DNA from: Actinomycetota bacterium
GTDB lineage: Bacteria; Actinomycetota; Acidimicrobiia; Acidimicrobiales; JACCXE01
Assembly: GCA_041166405.1 (NCBI GenBank)
Contig: JBEEFV010000027.1
Span: forward strand, 539-64,538
Reading direction: 5' to 3'
DNA length: 64,000 nt
Position 1 is the stretch's first letter, and each line of letters begins with the position of its first letter. Shown piece after piece: positions 1 to 8,970 of this stretch. The notes under the pieces were generated by a model, which saw nothing but the letters and a program-made list of their open reading frames with translations, made no database searches and had not been told where the DNA came from. The position numbers and the translations under genes were made by a program.

Positions 1-87
1 TGGATCGATCTCTCAAACCTTCGGCGTAAGAAAGCCGGAGTTTGTACGTTCCCCCTGCAAAGCCCATCACTAGGGGGCCCTGGGGCC

Positions 88-954
88 TTGGGGGTAACGG
101 ATTTGACTCTTCTCGATAGGTTCGAGGCAACCGATCTCTCGTTCACGCTCGACCTGACGGGCCTCGACGCACCGACGGTCGACCCCGAGCGCCTTTCCAC
201 CGTCGAGCTGTTCGGCATCTCCGTCGACGCCCTGACGATGAGCGAATCCGTTGACCGAGCAGAGCTGCTGGTCAAGGCCCACCGCCCGGCCCATCACGTG
301 TGCGTCAACGCCGCCAAGGTCGTCGCCATGCAGAGCGACGAGCGCCTCCGGGCATCGCTGGCGGACGCCGACATGGTCAACGTCGACGGTCAGTCGATCG
401 TCTGGGCCTCGCGTTGGCTGCGCGGTGGCGTCCCCGAGCGCGTCGCCGGCATCGACTTCATGGAAGCCATGGTCGAACGGGCCGCTGACCGCGGATGGCC
501 CGTCTACTTCCTCGGAGCTACGGATCACGCGCTCGCCGGTTGCGTAAAGCACTTCACCGATCGTTTCCCGGGGCTCATCGTCGCCGGTTCGCGTGACGGC
601 TACTGGAGCGACGAAGAGCAGCCCGCAGTACTGCGCTCGATCGCCGAGTCCGGCGCGGCCGTCGTGTTCGTGGCGATGCCGACGCCGCGCAAGGAATACC
701 TCGTGTCGGAACACCTCGACGAGTTCGGCAACGCCCTCGTCGTGGGCGTCGGCGGTTCGTTCGACGTGTTTGCGGGGCTCATCTCACGTGCACCGAAGTG
801 GGCGCGGTCCATGGGCCTCGAGTGGGCGCACCGGCTCGTCAAGGAGCCGCGTCGCATGTGGAAGCGCTACCTGGTCGGCAACACGCTGTTCTGCCTCCAG
901 GTCGCGCGGTGTTGGTGGCAGGTCCGCGTGCATCGCGGTGCTCCCGCGGTCTGA
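88..954 (+). CDS. WecB/TagA/CpsF-family (GT26) glycosyltransferase, ManNAc/ManNAcA-transferase-like
   Basis: 288-aa ORF in a GC3-rich frame. Family-typical blocks: VNAAKVV, MVNVDGQSIVWASRW, YFLGA, VFVAMPTPRKEY, VGVGGSFDVFAG, APKW..GLEWAHRL. The start is uncertain (TTG at 88 or TTG at 103). Confidence 0.8.
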   Translation: MGVTDLTLLDRFEATDLSFTLDLTGLDAPTVDPERLSTVELFGISVDALTMSESVDRAELLVKAHRPAHHVCVNAAKVVAMQSDERLRASLADADMVNVDGQSIVWASRWLRGGVPERVAGIDFMEAMVERAADRGWPVYFLGATDHALAGCVKHFTDRFPGLIVAGSRDGYWSDEEQPAVLRSIAESGAAVVFVAMPTPRKEYLVSEHLDEFGNALVVGVGGSFDVFAGLISRAPKWARSMGLEWAHRLVKEPRRMWKRYLVGNTLFCLQVARCWWQVRVHRGAPAV

Positions 955-955
955 A

Positions 956-987
956 CTTCTTCTTCTTTCTTCTTCTTCTTCTTCTTC
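956..987. repeat. (CTT)4-T-(CTT)6-C pure polypyrimidine microsatellite in the 48-nt spacer between the GT26 stop and the sugar-transferase start
   Basis: Read directly: cttcttcttctt t cttcttcttcttcttctt c. The tract is 32 nt with no purine on the + strand and about one-third GC, in a genome that is otherwise about two-thirds or more GC by eye. Confidence 0.95.
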
Positions 988-1002
988 GGTTCCGGGGCTC
1001 GT

Positions 1003-1692
1003 ATGTCGTTAGCTGAATTTTCTCTCCAGGAAGCGTCCGCGGTCGCAGGGCGGCGCCGCACTGAGATTGCGGTCGGGCGGGAATTCGGTCGGGTCGAGAT
1101 CATTGCGAAGCGCGCCGTCGACGTTCTCGGCGCCACGGCGTTGCTGCTGCTGACGCTGCCGCTGTTCCTCCTACTGGCGCTGGCCGTGCGCATCACGAGC
1201 GGCCGCCACGTGTTCTTCACGCAGGAGCGCGTCGGCGTCAACGGCAAGCTTTTCCGCATGCGCAAGTTCCGCACGATGGTGCACAACGCCGAGGAACTCC
1301 TCGTCGACCTGCGCGCGTCCAACGAAGCCGACGGCCTGCTGTTCAAGATCAAGCACGACCCGCGCGTGACCCGCCTCGGCAACAAGCTGCGCCCGCTCGG
1401 CCTCGACGAGCTGCCGCAGCTGTGGAACGTGCTCAAGGGCGACATGAGCCTCGTCGGCCCTCGCCCGGCGCTGCCTGCAGAAGTGGCGCAGTACGACGAC
1501 CGCCTGCGCCAGCGCCTCACCGTCAAGCCGGGCCTCACGGGTTTGTGGCAGATCAAGGGCCGCCACGAGCTGTCGTTCGACGACTACGCCCGTTACGACC
1601 TCGACTACGTCCACAACTGGTCGCTGTTGCTGGACCTCCGTGTGATCTTCGCAACGCTGCCGGCGCTCCTGCGCCGCCGCGGCAGCTACTAA
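1003..1692 (+). CDS. Polyprenyl-phosphate sugar-phosphate transferase (bacterial sugar transferase family, small PglC/WbaP-C-terminal type), the priming enzyme
   Basis: 229 aa. One N-terminal hydrophobic helix (LGATALLLLTLPLFLLLALAV), then the signature FFTQERVG..GKLFRMRKFRTM, DELPQLWNVLKGDMSLVGPRP, KPGLTGLWQI. Confidence 0.9.
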   Translation: MSLAEFSLQEASAVAGRRRTEIAVGREFGRVEIIAKRAVDVLGATALLLLTLPLFLLLALAVRITSGRHVFFTQERVGVNGKLFRMRKFRTMVHNAEELLVDLRASNEADGLLFKIKHDPRVTRLGNKLRPLGLDELPQLWNVLKGDMSLVGPRPALPAEVAQYDDRLRQRLTVKPGLTGLWQIKGRHELSFDDYARYDLDYVHNWSLLLDLRVIFATLPALLRRRGSY

Positions 1693-1725
1693 GCCGTCCT
1701 TTCCCAGGGGTTAAGTTCTTCGGCG

Positions 1726-2448
1726 ATGACGTCCGTGCGCCGTCTGCTCTCACCGGTCAGTCCGCGTCGGTGGCCGGATCTGCTGGGCAAAATGCTCCCG
1801 GATACGCGGCGCTATGCGCTGCTGTTCCGCCTCCGATACAACGCGTGGCGGTTTCACGCCAAGATCGACGTCGACATCCACAAGAGCGTCGTCATCGGCA
1901 AGCACGTGATCATCGAAGTGAAGCCGTGGAGCACGAACCGCTTGCGCGTCGGCGCCAACTCGACCATCAGCGACTACGTCCGCTTGCGGCTGCGTAACGG
2001 TTCGATCGAGTTGGGCGAAGAGGTCGACATCCGCGGCGGCGTCGTGCTCAACATCGGCGGCGGTTCGCTCGTCATGGACGGCTGCAACAACCTCGGGTGG
2101 GGCACCGTCGTGCACTGCGCAGAGTCGGTGCACATGTCGCGGTTTGCGCACGCCGGTGAGTACGTGACGATCGTCGACAGCAGCCACTACTACAGCGCGC
2201 CCGACGAGTGGAGCTACCTCAACAGCCGCACCGCGCCGATCGACTTGGGCGTGGACGTGTGGCTGTGCCCGAAGACCACGGTCACGAGCGGCGTGACCAT
2301 CGGCCACCACACCATCGTCGCTTCCGACACCGTCGTCGTGAAGGACGTGCCGCCCGGCGTGTTGGTTTCGGGCGTACCCGCCAAGGTCGTGCGCGAACTC
2401 GACCTGCCCTGGCTGGCGCGCGACGGCTCCGGCGCCGAGTCCGCGTAG
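1726..2448 (+). CDS. Hexapeptide-repeat (left-handed beta-helix) acyl/acetyltransferase
   Basis: 240 aa. C-terminal LbH repeats: VDVWLCPKTTVTSGVTIGHHTIVASDTVVVKDVPPGVLVSGVPAKVV. Clear paralog of the gene at 48430-49170. Confidence 0.8.
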   Translation: MTSVRRLLSPVSPRRWPDLLGKMLPDTRRYALLFRLRYNAWRFHAKIDVDIHKSVVIGKHVIIEVKPWSTNRLRVGANSTISDYVRLRLRNGSIELGEEVDIRGGVVLNIGGGSLVMDGCNNLGWGTVVHCAESVHMSRFAHAGEYVTIVDSSHYYSAPDEWSYLNSRTAPIDLGVDVWLCPKTTVTSGVTIGHHTIVASDTVVVKDVPPGVLVSGVPAKVVRELDLPWLARDGSGAESA

Positions 2449-2472
2449 CTCCACCTCCGGAGGCCGTTAGCC

Positions 2473-3705
2473 GTGCGCGTGTGCCTCATGGCGAACCAGT
2501 TCCCGGTCGTGACCCAGACCTGGGTCGTGCAGCACGCCGCCGGGTTGCTGGCCCGGGGCCACGAAGTCGTCGTCGTGCCGATCCAGGCGCGGCGTGCCGA
2601 GGGCGATCTCGCCACTCCGGCGTTCGAGGACGTCATCGCGCGGACGCGTCAGGGTCCTGCGGCACCGCGCGACTCCGGATTGGGCCGCGTCGCCGACAGC
2701 GCGCGCTTGCTCGCCGCGGGGACGACGCTGCGGCGTGCCGCGCCGATGCGCTTCGCGTTCGGGCGCGACGGTTTCGCAGTCCAGCGGTTTGCGCACCGGT
2801 TGCTGTGCGCAACCCGCGTCGCCCGTGCCGCGCCGTTCGACGTGCTGCACGCGCACTTCGGGCCGACCGGGGTCGCGGCGGTCGCGCTGCGTGACGCCGG
2901 CGTGTTCGACGCTCCCGTCGTGTGTTCGTTCCACGGCTACGACGCCAACGTGATCGCGCAGCAATGGCCCGGGTGTTACGACGGCATGATCGGCAAGGCG
3001 GAGCGCGTGACCGCGGGCACCGAGGTCATGCGCGGGGTCGTCGAGGCGTTGGGCTTTCCGAGCGCCGACGTCGCGGTGTGGCCCCAGGGGGTCGACACGA
3101 ACGCCATCGCATTCCGCGCCGAGCCCCGCAACGCCACCAACGACTTTCACGCGGTCTCCGTGGCGCGCCTAGTCGACTTCAAGGGCATCGACGTGTCGAT
3201 CCGCGCTGTCGCCGCCGCCCGCGCCCGCGTTTCGGGCTTGCGCTACACGATCATCGGCGAGGGCGAGCGCCGAGACGACTTGGAGCGCCTCGCCAAAGAA
3301 CTCGCGGTCGACGACATCGTCACGTTCGCCGGGGCGCAGTCGCACGACGTCGTCTTGGCGACGTTTGCCGACGCCGACGTGTTCCTGCTCACCGGTCGTG
3401 TCGACAGCGAGGGACAAAAGGAGGGCCAGGGCGTCGCCCCCCTCGAAGCCGGCGCCAGCGGCTTACCGGTTATCGCAGCGCGCGCCGGAGGTTTGACCGA
3501 AGTCGTCCTCGACGGCGAGACCGGGATTTTGATCGATCCCGAGGACTACGAGGCCGCCGCGGCGGCGATCGTGCGTCTCGCCGACGACGTGGCGCTCCGC
3601 GCCGCATTGGGAGCGCAGGGCCGCCAGCACGTCGAGCGGTCGTTCTCGCACGCGCACAGCCTCGACGTGATCGAAGAGATTTACCGGTCCGTCGGCCGAA
3701 CGTGA
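2473..3705 (+). CDS. Glycosyltransferase family 4 (GT-B fold)
   Basis: 410 aa. C-terminal GT4/GT1 motif: EGQGVAPLEAGASGLPVIAARAGGLTEVVLDGETGILIDP. Confidence 0.85.
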   Translation: MRVCLMANQFPVVTQTWVVQHAAGLLARGHEVVVVPIQARRAEGDLATPAFEDVIARTRQGPAAPRDSGLGRVADSARLLAAGTTLRRAAPMRFAFGRDGFAVQRFAHRLLCATRVARAAPFDVLHAHFGPTGVAAVALRDAGVFDAPVVCSFHGYDANVIAQQWPGCYDGMIGKAERVTAGTEVMRGVVEALGFPSADVAVWPQGVDTNAIAFRAEPRNATNDFHAVSVARLVDFKGIDVSIRAVAAARARVSGLRYTIIGEGERRDDLERLAKELAVDDIVTFAGAQSHDVVLATFADADVFLLTGRVDSEGQKEGQGVAPLEAGASGLPVIAARAGGLTEVVLDGETGILIDPEDYEAAAAAIVRLADDVALRAALGAQGRQHVERSFSHAHSLDVIEEIYRSVGRT

Positions 3706-4784
3706 CCTTCGGGACCGCCGCCGCGTAGGAGGACGTCGGCGATGCGGTCGCCGGCGTGGCCGTCCCACCCGGGGATCTCCTGTGACGGTTTCGGTCCGTC
3801 GTTGATCGCCCGCCGGGCCTCGTCGCGGATGCGCTGCGGGTCGCGACCGACGACGACGTTCGTGCCGAGCTCGACGGTGACGGGCCTTTCGGTGTTCTCG
3901 CGCAGCGTGATGCAGGCGACGCCGAGCGCGCTCGTCTCTTCCTGCACACCGCCCGAATCGGTCAGCACGACCTTCGCGGACGCCTCGAGCGCGATGAAGT
4001 CGAGGTAGCCCATCGGGTCGGTCAACGTGATGCCCGGGGCGAGCGCCATTTCCGCGAGCCGCGCCCGGGTACGCGGATGCACCGGGAACACCAGCGGCAG
4101 GTCCTTCGCGATTTCACCCAACACGTCGGTCAGCGTGCGCAGCATCGCGGGGTCGTCGACGTTCGCCGGACGATGCAGCGTGATGAGGCCGTAGGCACCT
4201 TCCTCGACACCGAGTGCGCCGAGCGTTGGCCGCCGCCGTGCTCGCTCGACGTTGGCGAGCAGCGTGTCGATCATGACGTTGCCGACGAGGTGAATCTGGT
4301 CGTCGCGGTAGCCCTCGGCGCGCAAGTTCTCGACGGCGTCGGCGGACGGCGAGAACAGATAGTCGCTGAGCCGGTCGGTGACGACGCGGTTGACCTCTTC
4401 GGGCATCGTCCAGTCGCGGCTGCGCAAGCCCGCCTCGACGTGGGCGACGAGGCAACCCGCCTTCGCTGCCGCCAGAGAGGCCGCCACCGTCGAGTTGACG
4501 TCGCCCACCACCACGACGATGTCGGCGGGCTCTTCGGCCAGCAACGTCTCCACACCCACGAGCACGCGCGCCGTTTGTTCGCCGTGTGTGCCCGACCCCG
4601 CGCCGAGGTGACGGTCGGGCGGACGCAGGCCGAGTTCGTCGAAGAACACGTCGCTCATGGCGGCGTCGAAGTGCTGGCCGGTGTGCACGAGCATCGTGTC
4701 GGCGCCGCGCGCGTCGAGCGCGTCGACGACCGGTTTGATCTTCATGAAGTTGGGTCGCGCGCCGGCGACGCACACGATCCGCAT
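3681..4784 (-). CDS. wecB: UDP-N-acetylglucosamine 2-epimerase (non-hydrolysing type by resemblance)
   Basis: Track ORF 3681-4889 trimmed to the internal ATG (M36, MRIVCVAGARPNFMKIKPV). Blocks: HTGQHFD, GSGTHGEQTA, VVGDVNST, HVEAGLRS, TDSGGVQEE. The 3-prime end overlaps the convergent GT4 by 25 nt. Confidence 0.9.
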   Translation of the reverse strand: MRIVCVAGARPNFMKIKPVVDALDARGADTMLVHTGQHFDAAMSDVFFDELGLRPPDRHLGAGSGTHGEQTARVLVGVETLLAEEPADIVVVVGDVNSTVAASLAAAKAGCLVAHVEAGLRSRDWTMPEEVNRVVTDRLSDYLFSPSADAVENLRAEGYRDDQIHLVGNVMIDTLLANVERARRRPTLGALGVEEGAYGLITLHRPANVDDPAMLRTLTDVLGEIAKDLPLVFPVHPRTRARLAEMALAPGITLTDPMGYLDFIALEASAKVVLTDSGGVQEETSALGVACITLRENTERPVTVELGTNVVVGRDPQRIRDEARRAINDGPKPSQEIPGWDGHAGDRIADVLLRGGGPEGHVRPTDR

Positions 4785-4810
4785 GGCGGCACCGACTGTA
4801 GCGACGGCGG

Positions 4811-5743
4811 CTAGTGCTTCGGTTGCGCGAAGGCGCGCTCGAGGATGCGCTGCGCGCGGTAGTCGAGCAAGCAGGCGCGCAGCCCCCACACCGGCCCGAC
4901 GCGGTATCCCGCGGCGCGCGCCTTGCGGTACGTCCCGAGCGACAGGCGCGCCGTCGGCCGCCGGCTGCTGCCCTGCAGCGCGCGCACCCGCGGCGCACCG
5001 CTGGCGATGCGGCGAACCTTGATCAGCAATTCATCGCGGCGCGCCCGTGCTGGGTGCGTGATGCGCGCTTCGGGGGTGTACACCAGCGCGAAGCCGGCGG
5101 CCTTGGCGCGCAAGCAGAAATCGGCGTCGCCGCCGGTGCGCAGCGTCGGATCGAATTGCAGCGACGCGAACACCTCGCGACGTACCGCCAGGTTGCAGGT
5201 CGCGGCGAACCCGTCCTGCTCGACGTACGTGCGTTGTTGCAAGTGGCGTACTGAGTCGACCCATTCCGCCGGGTTTGGGACTTCGCGGGCGAATCGGAAG
5301 TCGACCGCGCCGCCGCTCAAGGGTGCGCCGTCGAGTGCTGCGAGATGCGAGCGGATCCAGCCGTGGGCCACTTCGCAGTCGGCGTCTGTGAACAGCACGG
5401 CCGACACGTCGTCTGCGAGTGCGGCGAGTGCGGCGTTACGCGCCGCATACGAGCCCTGATTCGGAACCACTTCGACGACCGTGGCGCCCTCCGCGCGGGC
5501 GGCGTCGGCGACACGCGCGTCGCCGCCGTCGACCGCTACCACGACGCGCAGGCACTCACGCGGGTAGTCCGCCGCGAAGATCGAACGGACCGTCGCGACG
5601 ATGGCGCCGACCTCGTCGAAGACCGGAACGCACACGCCGACGACGGGAAGCTGGTTCGGCGCCACTCCTGAAGCTTGCCGCCTGCCACAATCCTGTGCGT
5701 GAAGGTCTCGGTGATCGTGCGCTGTCTGAACGAGGCGCAGCAC
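4811..5743 (-). CDS. Glycosyltransferase family 2
   Basis: 310-aa ORF with GT-A features: VCVPVFDE.., VAVDGGD, LFTDADCEV. The first ~26 codons overlap the divergent neighbour, so GTG at 5665 is a plausible true start. Confidence 0.75.
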   Translation of the reverse strand: MLRLVQTAHDHRDLHAQDCGRRQASGVAPNQLPVVGVCVPVFDEVGAIVATVRSIFAADYPRECLRVVVAVDGGDARVADAARAEGATVVEVVPNQGSYAARNAALAALADDVSAVLFTDADCEVAHGWIRSHLAALDGAPLSGGAVDFRFAREVPNPAEWVDSVRHLQQRTYVEQDGFAATCNLAVRREVFASLQFDPTLRTGGDADFCLRAKAAGFALVYTPEARITHPARARRDELLIKVRRIASGAPRVRALQGSSRRPTARLSLGTYRKARAAGYRVGPVWGLRACLLDYRAQRILERAFAQPKH

Positions 5744-6643
5744 ATCGGTCGCCTGCTCGACGGGCTGCTCGAGCAGACGCTCGCGCCCGACGAAATCGTC
5801 ATCGTCGACTCAGGTTCGACCGACGCGACGCTCGAAATCGCCGGGCAGTATCCGACCAAAGTCGTGCACATCAAGCCCGAGGAGTTCTCTTTCGGCCGCG
5901 CGCTGAACATGGGCTGCGAAGCCGCCGCCGGCGACGTGCTCGTGTCGGTCAGCGCGCACGTGTACCCGATCTACGACTCGTGGCTGCGCGAGCTCACAGC
6001 ACCGTTCGCGACTACCGACGCGTCGTTGACCTACGGGCGCCAACAAGGCGACGACCGGACGAGCTACTCCGAACGACGCATCTTCACGCAGTGGTTCCCC
6101 ATCGAGAGCGAGCCGAATCAGCGTCACCCGTTTTGCAACAACGCCAACAGCGCAGTTCGCCGCGACGTGTGGGAGCGCTATCGCTGGGATGAGTCGCTCA
6201 CCGGTCTCGAAGACCTGGCGCTGGCGCGCCGCGTGTTGGAGGACGGAGGCAAGATCGCCTACGTCGCCACCGCGCCCATCGTGCACGTGCACGAAGAGAC
6301 GTGGGCAAAGATCCGCAACCGCTACCGCCGCGAGGCGATCGCCCACAAGACGATCTACGACGAGCAACGCATGGGTCGGTTCGAGGCGGTCGGTCTCGCG
6401 GTCGCGAACATCGGAGGCGACCTGCTGTTCGCGGCGCGTCACCGTGCGCTGCTGCGCAACGTCGGCAGCATCGTCGCTTTCCGCAGCGCGCAGTTCATCG
6501 GCTCGTACCAAGGGTTCTCGCAGAGCGGTCCCGTGCACGCGGAGTTGAAGCGGCGCTTCTACTACCCCGCGGGGCGCATCGGACGCAGCGACGAACCGGG
6601 CGGCGCCGACGCGCGGCGCATCGAGTACGGGGACGGCGCGTGA
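5675..6643 (+). CDS. Glycosyltransferase family 2
   Basis: 322 aa: VSVIVRCLNEAQHIGRLLDGLLEQT, IVIVDSGSTD, LTGLEDLALA. Start is TTG at 5675 or GTG at 5699. Confidence 0.8.
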   Translation: MPPATILCVKVSVIVRCLNEAQHIGRLLDGLLEQTLAPDEIVIVDSGSTDATLEIAGQYPTKVVHIKPEEFSFGRALNMGCEAAAGDVLVSVSAHVYPIYDSWLRELTAPFATTDASLTYGRQQGDDRTSYSERRIFTQWFPIESEPNQRHPFCNNANSAVRRDVWERYRWDESLTGLEDLALARRVLEDGGKIAYVATAPIVHVHEETWAKIRNRYRREAIAHKTIYDEQRMGRFEAVGLAVANIGGDLLFAARHRALLRNVGSIVAFRSAQFIGSYQGFSQSGPVHAELKRRFYYPAGRIGRSDEPGGADARRIEYGDGA

Positions 6644-7317
6644 CGACCGTCGTCGGTCTCGTGCCGATGCGGCACGACAGCGAGAGGGTCCGTGGCAAGA
6701 ACTACCGGATGCTCGGTGGCCGCCCGCTGTACCACCACATCGTGGCGTCGCTGCTCGAGTCGGGCGCCGTCGACCGCGTCCTGATCGACACCGACAGCCC
6801 GTTCATCGCCGAAGACGCGCCCGCGCACTTCGATCGCGTCACAGTGATCCCGCGTCCCGCGCACCTGCTCGGTGGCCACGTCGCGATGAACGACATCCTC
6901 TTGCACGACGTGCGGCAGGTCGACGCTGACCTCTATCTCCAGACGCACAGCACGAATCCGCTCCTGCGAGCCACGACGATCGCGACCGCAATCAAGACGC
7001 TGCTCGACGCCCGGCCTGAGCACGACTCGCTGTTCGGCGTCACGCCGTTGCAAACGCGGCTGTGGTGGGACGGCGCGCGTGCGGTAAACCACGACCCCGC
7101 GGTGCTGCTGCGCACGCAGGACTTGCCACCCATCTACGAGGAGAACAGCAACATCTACTTGTTCGACCGAGACACCCTCGAGCGCCGCGGCAACCGCATC
7201 GGCGACCGGCCGCTGCTCTTCCCGATCGACCGAGCCGAGGCGTGGGACATCGACGAGGAGATCGACTGGACGGTCGTGGAGACGCTGTACGCCCAGCGGG
7301 AGGCCGACGGTGACTGA
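6640..7317 (+). CDS. Cytidylyltransferase of the CMP-NeuAc/CMP-Kdo-synthetase-like (acylneuraminate cytidylyltransferase) family
   Basis: Track ORF 6301-7317 trimmed to GTG 6640, which overlaps the upstream stop (GTGA). Motifs: LVPMRHDSERVRGKNYRMLGGRPLYHHIV, IDTDSP, THSTNPLL. Confidence 0.8.
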   Translation: MTTVVGLVPMRHDSERVRGKNYRMLGGRPLYHHIVASLLESGAVDRVLIDTDSPFIAEDAPAHFDRVTVIPRPAHLLGGHVAMNDILLHDVRQVDADLYLQTHSTNPLLRATTIATAIKTLLDARPEHDSLFGVTPLQTRLWWDGARAVNHDPAVLLRTQDLPPIYEENSNIYLFDRDTLERRGNRIGDRPLLFPIDRAEAWDIDEEIDWTVVETLYAQREADGD

Positions 7318-8260
7318 CACGCCCCGGCTGCTGATTACGTGCCGCCAGATGCAGGTCTCGATGCCGCTCGTCGAGCAGCGCCTCAAGGAGGCGGGCGTTG
7401 AGTGGGACTGCCCGCCGATCCCGGGCCAGCAGTTCTCCGCCGCGCAACTGACGCCGATCATCGGCAGCTACGACGGCATGATCGCCGGCGACGACGAGAT
7501 CACCGCCGAGGTATTGCGCGCGGGCCTGCCTCGCCTCAAGACCGTCGCCAAGTGGGGCATCGGGGTCGACGGCATCGACCTGGGGTCCGCCGCCGAACTC
7601 GGGATCGACGTCACGAATACACCCGGCATGTTCGACGACGAGGTCGCCGACGTCGCCTTTGGGTACGTGCTCAGCCTCTTCCGCGGCCTTCACCAGATCG
7701 ACCGCGCCGTGCGAGCCGGCAACTGGACCAAGCTCGAAGGCCACACACCACGCGACCACACGCTCGGCATCGTCGGGCTCGGCGGTACCGGGCGCGCACT
7801 AGCGGTCCGCGCGCACGCCGTCGGCATGAACGTCATCGGGAGCGAACCGTTCGAGGCGAACGCCAAGCGGGCCGCCGACATCGGCGTGCGCGTGGTGTCG
7901 GTCGAAGAGGTCTTCGACGAAGCCGACGTCGTGTCGCTGCACTGCCCGCTGACGCCCGAGACACACGGGCTGGTGTCGGCCGCGATGCTGGCGCGCATGA
8001 AGCCGGGCTCGTACCTGGTCAACACGAGTCGCGGCAAGGTCGTCCACGAGACCGCCGTGATCGATGCACTGGCGAGCGGCCACCTCGCCGGCGCCGCGCT
8101 CGACGTATTCGAAGTCGAGCCGCTTCCCGCCGAGAGCCCACTGCGCGGGTTCGACAACGTGATCCTGGGCGCCCACAACGGATCGAACACCGCCGAAGCG
8201 GTGGCGCGGACGAGTCGGCAGGCGGTCGCGAACGCGCTGCGCAGCTTGGGGATCGGGTGA
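7310..8260 (+). CDS. D-isomer-specific 2-hydroxyacid dehydrogenase family (phosphoglycerate-dehydrogenase-like), NAD-binding
   Basis: 316 aa: GIVGLGGTGRALA (GxGxxG), LVNTSRGKVV, AGAALDVFEVEP, GAHNGS. The GTG start overlaps the upstream gene by 8 nt. Confidence 0.85.
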   Translation: MTDTPRLLITCRQMQVSMPLVEQRLKEAGVEWDCPPIPGQQFSAAQLTPIIGSYDGMIAGDDEITAEVLRAGLPRLKTVAKWGIGVDGIDLGSAAELGIDVTNTPGMFDDEVADVAFGYVLSLFRGLHQIDRAVRAGNWTKLEGHTPRDHTLGIVGLGGTGRALAVRAHAVGMNVIGSEPFEANAKRAADIGVRVVSVEEVFDEADVVSLHCPLTPETHGLVSAAMLARMKPGSYLVNTSRGKVVHETAVIDALASGHLAGAALDVFEVEPLPAESPLRGFDNVILGAHNGSNTAEAVARTSRQAVANALRSLGIG

Positions 8261-8967
8261 CGAAGACCGTCGTCGTCACCGGCGCGCGCGGCGGCATCGG
8301 TGCTGCGGTCGTCGAGTTGTTCAACGCGTCGGGGTGGCGCACCGTCGGCGTCGACCGCTCGCCTGCAGGCGAAGACGGCTCGGCGCGTTACGTGCAGAGC
8401 GACATCGCCGACGAAGCGAGCCTCGCGGAACTGTGTGAGGCGTTGCGCGCCGAAGACCGCGTCGACGCGCTCGTCAACAACGCCGCGGTGATGATGGACA
8501 AGTCCTTCGCCGATCTTTCCGTCGCCGACTGGGACCTGACGATGGACACCAACGTGCGCCCGGCCTTCGTGCTCACCCAAGCGCTGCTGCCGCAGTTGGC
8601 GGCGGCGACGGGCGGCGTGGTGAACATCGCCTCGGTGCACGCCATCGCGACGGCGCGCGGCGTCGCGGCGTACGCCGCCAGCAAGGGGGCGCTCGTCGCC
8701 TTCACGCGTGCCACCTCGCTCGACCTGGCGTCGTCTGGGGTGCGCTGTAACGCCGTCTGCCCCGGCGCGACCGACACGCCGATGCTGCGCGGCGACCCCG
8801 CCGCCCGCCAAGCGTTGATCGAGCGCACGCCGCTCAACCGCATCGCCGATCCGGCCGAGATCGCGCAAGCGGTCCTCTTCCTTGCCGACAGCGATCGCTC
8901 GGGCTTCATCACGGGCCAGACACTCGTCGTCGACGGCGGCGCCACTTCGAAGCTCAGCACCGAGTAG
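8257..8967 (+). CDS. Short-chain dehydrogenase/reductase (SDR)
   Basis: Track ORF 7402-8967 trimmed to GTG 8257 (GTGA overlap with the upstream stop). Motifs: VTGARGGIGAAV, NNAAV, YAASKGAL (YxxxK). Confidence 0.9.
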   Translation: MTKTVVVTGARGGIGAAVVELFNASGWRTVGVDRSPAGEDGSARYVQSDIADEASLAELCEALRAEDRVDALVNNAAVMMDKSFADLSVADWDLTMDTNVRPAFVLTQALLPQLAAATGGVVNIASVHAIATARGVAAYAASKGALVAFTRATSLDLASSGVRCNAVCPGATDTPMLRGDPAARQALIERTPLNRIADPAEIAQAVLFLADSDRSGFITGQTLVVDGGATSKLSTE

Positions 8968-8970
8968 TCG

